Below are positions 57,851 to 61,467 of a stretch of 61,467 nucleotides of DNA, in pieces. The position numbers and the translations under genes were made by a program. The notes beneath the pieces are model-generated. The model was given only the letters and a program-made list of their open reading frames with translations. It was not told the origin of the DNA and ran no database searches. Each line of letters opens with the position of its first letter. Positions within the stretch are counted from its first letter, which is position 1. The stretch comes from Pseudobacteriovorax sp. GTDB lineage: Bacteria; Bdellovibrionota_B; Oligoflexia; Oligoflexales; Oligoflexaceae. The stretch spans positions 1 through 61,467 of the forward strand of contig JBNKNM010000016.1 of the NCBI GenBank assembly GCA_050293845.1. The letters run 5' to 3'.

Positions 57851-57873
57851 GCCCCAGGATATAAAGCCTGGGG
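57851..57873. terminator. Hairpin between convergent genes
   Basis: CCCCAGG/CCTGGGG stem. Confidence 0.55.
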
Positions 57874-57881
57874 GAACTCGA

Positions 57882-58262
57882 TCAGAATTCTGAAGTTTCA
57901 ACTTCAATTACGGTCGCATCATTTGTTTCGGTGATCCAACCTTCAGTTACTTCGGATACTGAATCTACTTTAACAACTTCCAAAGCTGTTCTTGAGTTTT
58001 CAAACCTTAGCACCTCGCTACCATTCGCCGTTGACAGAGTCGAAAATGAACCTGCATCGTATACTTCTACTGTCTCTGGCGTAACCAATACTAGGGCTTT
58101 ACTTGTGGATGAAACTTGGATGAAAGTATAATTTTCACTGGTCAAGCTTAGTACATTTTGAAGATTAACTTGGCTTCCTAAACCACCACCAGAACTCTCC
58201 CCACCATGCATTGCTGATGATACTAGTATGAAAAGGAGCATAAATTTTAATTTAGTCATCAC
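57882..58262 (-). CDS. Secreted protein with GGESSGGG right after the signal peptide
   Basis: MTKLKFMLLFILVSSAMH-GGESSGGG; overlaps the HTH gene upstream. Confidence 0.7.
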   Translation of the reverse strand: MMTKLKFMLLFILVSSAMHGGESSGGGLGSQVNLQNVLSLTSENYTFIQVSSTSKALVLVTPETVEVYDAGSFSTLSTANGSEVLRFENSRTALEVVKVDSVSEVTEGWITETNDATVIEVETSEF

Positions 58263-59049
58263 ATTTAACCCCTGTGAATTTTTCTTTAAAATATCCGAAA
58301 AGGCTAAGAGTCATTAGCTTAGTTTTTTCGCGTAAAGGTACTAATTTGTCTTCTTCGATCGCAGCCTCAAAATCTGTTATAAAAGTGCGCAATATGTCTG
58401 TCAATTTCTGCTCACATCTTTCTGAGACCAAGTCGGACATTAGATGCCAGAAGTGGCCATCCCCAACATTTGAATGATCGAAGGCCCTTGCCCTCATTTC
58501 TATCCTAGTTAAACCCATTACAGAGTTAGGTTCGAAAAAGCTACTATTTGTAGTCGTGTAAACATCAGCTTCTTTCTTAAAAATTCCTTTAGCTACAAGT
58601 TCTTCTGCCTCACTGAGACCGCGCTGACCCAACTGACTTAAGGCCCAGTCTTCAGTGAAACCACTTGTAGCTGCGAGGTCGAGCAGTTCATTTTTTATAG
58701 AATTCCAATTATCCTGGGGGAGACTAACTTCTTTCCGTGTTTCACGATATGTATGTCCATAAACCCTGAACCACTTTTTAAAGAAAACTTCCATTATGTC
58801 TAGAGCTTTGTCTAAACCTAAATAAAACTTGAGAAGTGGGAAAATGGTTTCGGGTCTCATGTTGTTCATTTCATACTGTGCGACCCTTTGCAACGTTGAC
58901 CGACTGCAACCCGTTTTTTTCGAGAGAGCAGATATTCTAGGACTGACTTTTTTCCCGCAATCTAGATATTTGCACGTCTCCATATTCAAATATCTGTAAA
59001 CATCTTCGATAGTTTCCATCGCAATCCAATCGCTTTTGGCTAAACACAT
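58252..59049 (-). CDS. XRE-like HTH regulator, paralog of 14522..15268
   Basis: 'ISALSKKTGCSRSTLQRV...E'; shared 'LG..GL..AEELV..GI.K.E', 'NVG.G...W'. Confidence 0.8.
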   Translation of the reverse strand: MCLAKSDWIAMETIEDVYRYLNMETCKYLDCGKKVSPRISALSKKTGCSRSTLQRVAQYEMNNMRPETIFPLLKFYLGLDKALDIMEVFFKKWFRVYGHTYRETRKEVSLPQDNWNSIKNELLDLAATSGFTEDWALSQLGQRGLSEAEELVAKGIFKKEADVYTTTNSSFFEPNSVMGLTRIEMRARAFDHSNVGDGHFWHLMSDLVSERCEQKLTDILRTFITDFEAAIEEDKLVPLREKTKLMTLSLFGYFKEKFTGVKCDD

Positions 59050-59391
59050 CCCATTCTGTGCTAAGAATATTACAGTTCAGTTCTGCCCACAAGAACTAAA
59101 AACTGCCCACAGGATCGGGTTTTTTCCTAACTAACTTGAAGGGTTGATGCGGCAATGGTATTTTTTGGAAAAATGGGAGAGGCTACCTTGTACGGCAATA
59201 CAAATATGGCAGCCTCTAGCTTTAGAAAGCTATTTCACCTCTAAAGCTACCCCATAACATTAGAAAAAGGAAGAGGCCAGCTACAAATCTACTAATCACC
59301 GTGCAAGTTTTGTCATCGCTCTGATGAGCAAGATTTCTCAAGGTGATTAAAGTTTATAGCTAAAAACTTTAGTACGTTATGAGGGTGAACA

Positions 59392-60675
59392 ATGGGAAAA
59401 GCTCGCTTAACAAGTCTTGATTTTGACATGGCTGCAAATACTATGTCGCAAGCAGGTATAAATCATACAATCACAAATAGATTATTCACGGTATGGAAAA
59501 ACAACGTACCATTTGAGAGTAAGGTTGGATATCCAATAGACGTTAGTATTCCCCTTTCAAGTGCCAAAGTTTCCGATACTTTCGGGCTTAAATCTGCCAC
59601 AAGCGGCGGGAAGCTTAAGGAAGATTGGCATGGAATGAATATGATACTGATAAATGGGCGGAAGTATGACGAATGTATATTTGAGGAAGATGGCGTAGTT
59701 AGAAGATCAGGCTCTAAGGAAGCACACGAGATCAGCTTCACACCGGAGTTCATGGAATTCCTTGAAACGAAAGACCCAAAGAAACTTGAAGCTATTCTGC
59801 AGCCGGTAAAGTCTTACGAACTTCGCACAAGACGAAAAAGGGCTTTGGGTCGAAAAAATTCTGCCCGTCATACCAATAGAGATCTTTTATCTGATGAAGA
59901 GCGTAAGGCCTCATTATATCGACGTTCTGAAAAATACGTATCACAAACAAAAAGACTTAGTGTTCACTGTGAACAGAAAAATGAAAATCAAAATTCTTGG
60001 AAAAATAGTTTTGTACAAGATCTAAACGTATTCGGTTTGCAGTTGGCACTCGAAAAACTCAAGGAAAAAATGAAGTTGGCTTCTCGGGCACGAAATGATT
60101 GGAGTATTGGTGTAGTCAACATTTTAAAGCAACAAGGTAAAGAGTCTGATATCACCCATGCACTAAACTTTATATATAATCAGCTGTACATAAAGCTGGA
60201 CCAAGGGGTTTGCGAAGCTATTAATAGCGGAAGCCTAGAAAAGATTGGGGCAGCAGTTAAACTGCTAGTTTCAGAAATTTTCGAGAGCACTATACCCAGG
60301 ACAATTATTGAGAAAGCATTTTCGCATTGGGTAAACCAGCGAAACTATCCTGCAGATGTTAAAAATCATATGATTAGTATGTGTAAGTATATTGATATTA
60401 ATCCACTGAATAGCGAAGATAACTTCTCTAGTCTCCATAAATTGACGAAGCCTAAAAAGCCATTGAATTTAAGGGGGTCAAAAAAGCAGTTTGAACCTCC
60501 CGAACCTCCACCTCCAAAAGATCCGCATAAAATCGAATCATCTAAAGACCCCCGCAATCAACCTGGTTATGAACCCTATTTTTTTAACAAAAAGAAAAAT
60601 CAGGACAAATTCATTGCTTTCGACGAAGATTTAGAAAAATTTGGTGGTTCTTATGATCTCGAAGGTGTGATCTGA
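59392..60675 (+). CDS. Unknown protein, paralog B; candidate replication initiator
   Basis: GAGG RBS; aligns to 55948..57138; Pro-rich C-terminal tail. Confidence 0.7.
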   Translation: MGKARLTSLDFDMAANTMSQAGINHTITNRLFTVWKNNVPFESKVGYPIDVSIPLSSAKVSDTFGLKSATSGGKLKEDWHGMNMILINGRKYDECIFEEDGVVRRSGSKEAHEISFTPEFMEFLETKDPKKLEAILQPVKSYELRTRRKRALGRKNSARHTNRDLLSDEERKASLYRRSEKYVSQTKRLSVHCEQKNENQNSWKNSFVQDLNVFGLQLALEKLKEKMKLASRARNDWSIGVVNILKQQGKESDITHALNFIYNQLYIKLDQGVCEAINSGSLEKIGAAVKLLVSEIFESTIPRTIIEKAFSHWVNQRNYPADVKNHMISMCKYIDINPLNSEDNFSSLHKLTKPKKPLNLRGSKKQFEPPEPPPPKDPHKIESSKDPRNQPGYEPYFFNKKKNQDKFIAFDEDLEKFGGSYDLEGVI

Positions 60676-60837
60676 GAAATCGCCCTCCGCAAGTTGTACG
60701 ATGTCGAAAGCAAGTTTATATCTTGATACTATGAGAATTTGCATTTTTAACATTTTTTTACAGTAGGTTATTTTTACTAGTTTTTCTAAGGCATTGCACT
60801 TCATTTGATGGAGATTTTCATATGCTATAATGATAGT

Positions 60838-61467
60838 ATGAATCAGAGCCGCACACATGAAAACAGTAATAAATTCACAGAAATCATTGCCGATAATTGG
60901 GAAAGATTTAAAGCCAAGTATCCTTCTTTTAACAACCAACATGTAAACAAACAAGTTGATAAGACATTAAAATGTGCCGATCCTCAGTACGGGTTCAAGC
61001 AGTACATGTGTCTTAGCTGCGGTCAGGAAAGCAAAGTAGTTGCTCACTCGTGTAAATCCAAGTTTTGTCTCCGTTGTGGTCGAGTAGATGGAGAGAACTT
61101 TTCGAGAAGCATAGCAGACAAGATATTTGAGGATGTCGATTATAGGCATTTGGTATTGACGATACCAGCTCAATTTAGGAATATTTTCTACCAGAACCGA
61201 AATAATAATGATCTTTTTAACGTTTTTTATTGTGCTGGTTGGGAGCTAATTAATAAGTTGCTAGAAGAGGTTTTTGGTCGACAAGTTGAGTGTGGTTGTT
61301 TAGCAGTTTTACACACTGTTGGCCGGAAGTGTGATTACAAGCCTCACCTCCACATACTTTTGATGTCGGGCGGCATCAACTCAGATGGGGAGTGGATGGT
61401 TTTAGGCAAGTTTGACTACCGAATTCTTCACAAACTTTGGAAAGAAGTACTGCTAAAAGCCATGCTA
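60838..61467 (+). CDS. IS91-family transposase, 5' part (not in the ORF track)
   Basis: My translation: CLSCG...HSCKSKFCLRCG Zn finger, HLVLTIP, HTVG...PHLHIL (HUH); in frame with ATG 61396, which equals position 6. Confidence 0.9.
   Translation, partial: MNQSRTHENSNKFTEIIADNWERFKAKYPSFNNQHVNKQVDKTLKCADPQYGFKQYMCLSCGQESKVVAHSCKSKFCLRCGRVDGENFSRSIADKIFEDVDYRHLVLTIPAQFRNIFYQNRNNNDLFNVFYCAGWELINKLLEEVFGRQVECGCLAVLHTVGRKCDYKPHLHILLMSGGINSDGEWMVLGKFDYRILHKLWKEVLLKAML
61391..61467 (+). repeat. 77-nt terminal overlap identical to 1..77
   Basis: Direct comparison of both ends. Confidence 0.97.

Noticed and set aside
59321..59350. Hammerhead core at CTGATGAG
   Set aside because: No GAAA after a stem II; the bases are part of a long hairpin
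60631..61173. Minus-strand ORFs 60631..60954 and 60967..61173
   Set aside because: They overlap the plus-strand IS91 transposase 5' region, which has clear motifs
61391..61467. Terminal direct repeat as a biological phage end
   Set aside because: Exactly 77 nt (a common assembler k-mer size) and in the middle of a transposase; the cos-like site is elsewhere
1..61467. Retron, DGR, protelomerase, tRNA or rRNA genes
   Set aside because: No reverse-transcriptase motifs, TR/VR pair, telomere-resolvase motifs or stable-RNA genes recognised by eye; a profile search could still find divergent ones

Overview
The window looks like a near-complete ~61.4 kb temperate phage-plasmid. The last 77 nt repeat the first 77 nt, so it is probably a circular assembly, and the break falls inside an IS91-family transposase. 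It carries: (1) a lambda-type packaging and head module (cosQ/cosN/cosB-like site, Nu1/GpA-like terminase, portal, S49 protease, decoration and capsid proteins) joined to a P2-type contractile tail; (2) an early recombination/antirepressor region; (3) a plasmid-maintenance region (ParA/ParB with parS-like palindromes, KfrA-like protein, toxin-antitoxin pair plus small tyrosine recombinase, HU); (4) three IS elements. I found no canonical integrase, CI/S24 repressor, recognisable Rep or protelomerase. The most unusual signals are: two paralogous unknown proteins each positioned upstream of a 22-bp-period iteron-like array (candidate new initiator family, dual replicon); a duplicated promoter plus structured RNA with four compensatory base-pair changes beside an XRE-like regulator; two small ORFs built from tandem G-x-x-(x)-GG(G) units, a motif also seen at the mature N-terminus of a secreted protein coupled to one of two paralogous HTH regulators; and a ~1.5 kb largely non-coding array of CTGCA-N12/13-TGCAG palindromes. 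Family calls come from motif recognition by eye, not database searches. The host guess (Bdellovibrionota/Oligoflexia-like) is inference.
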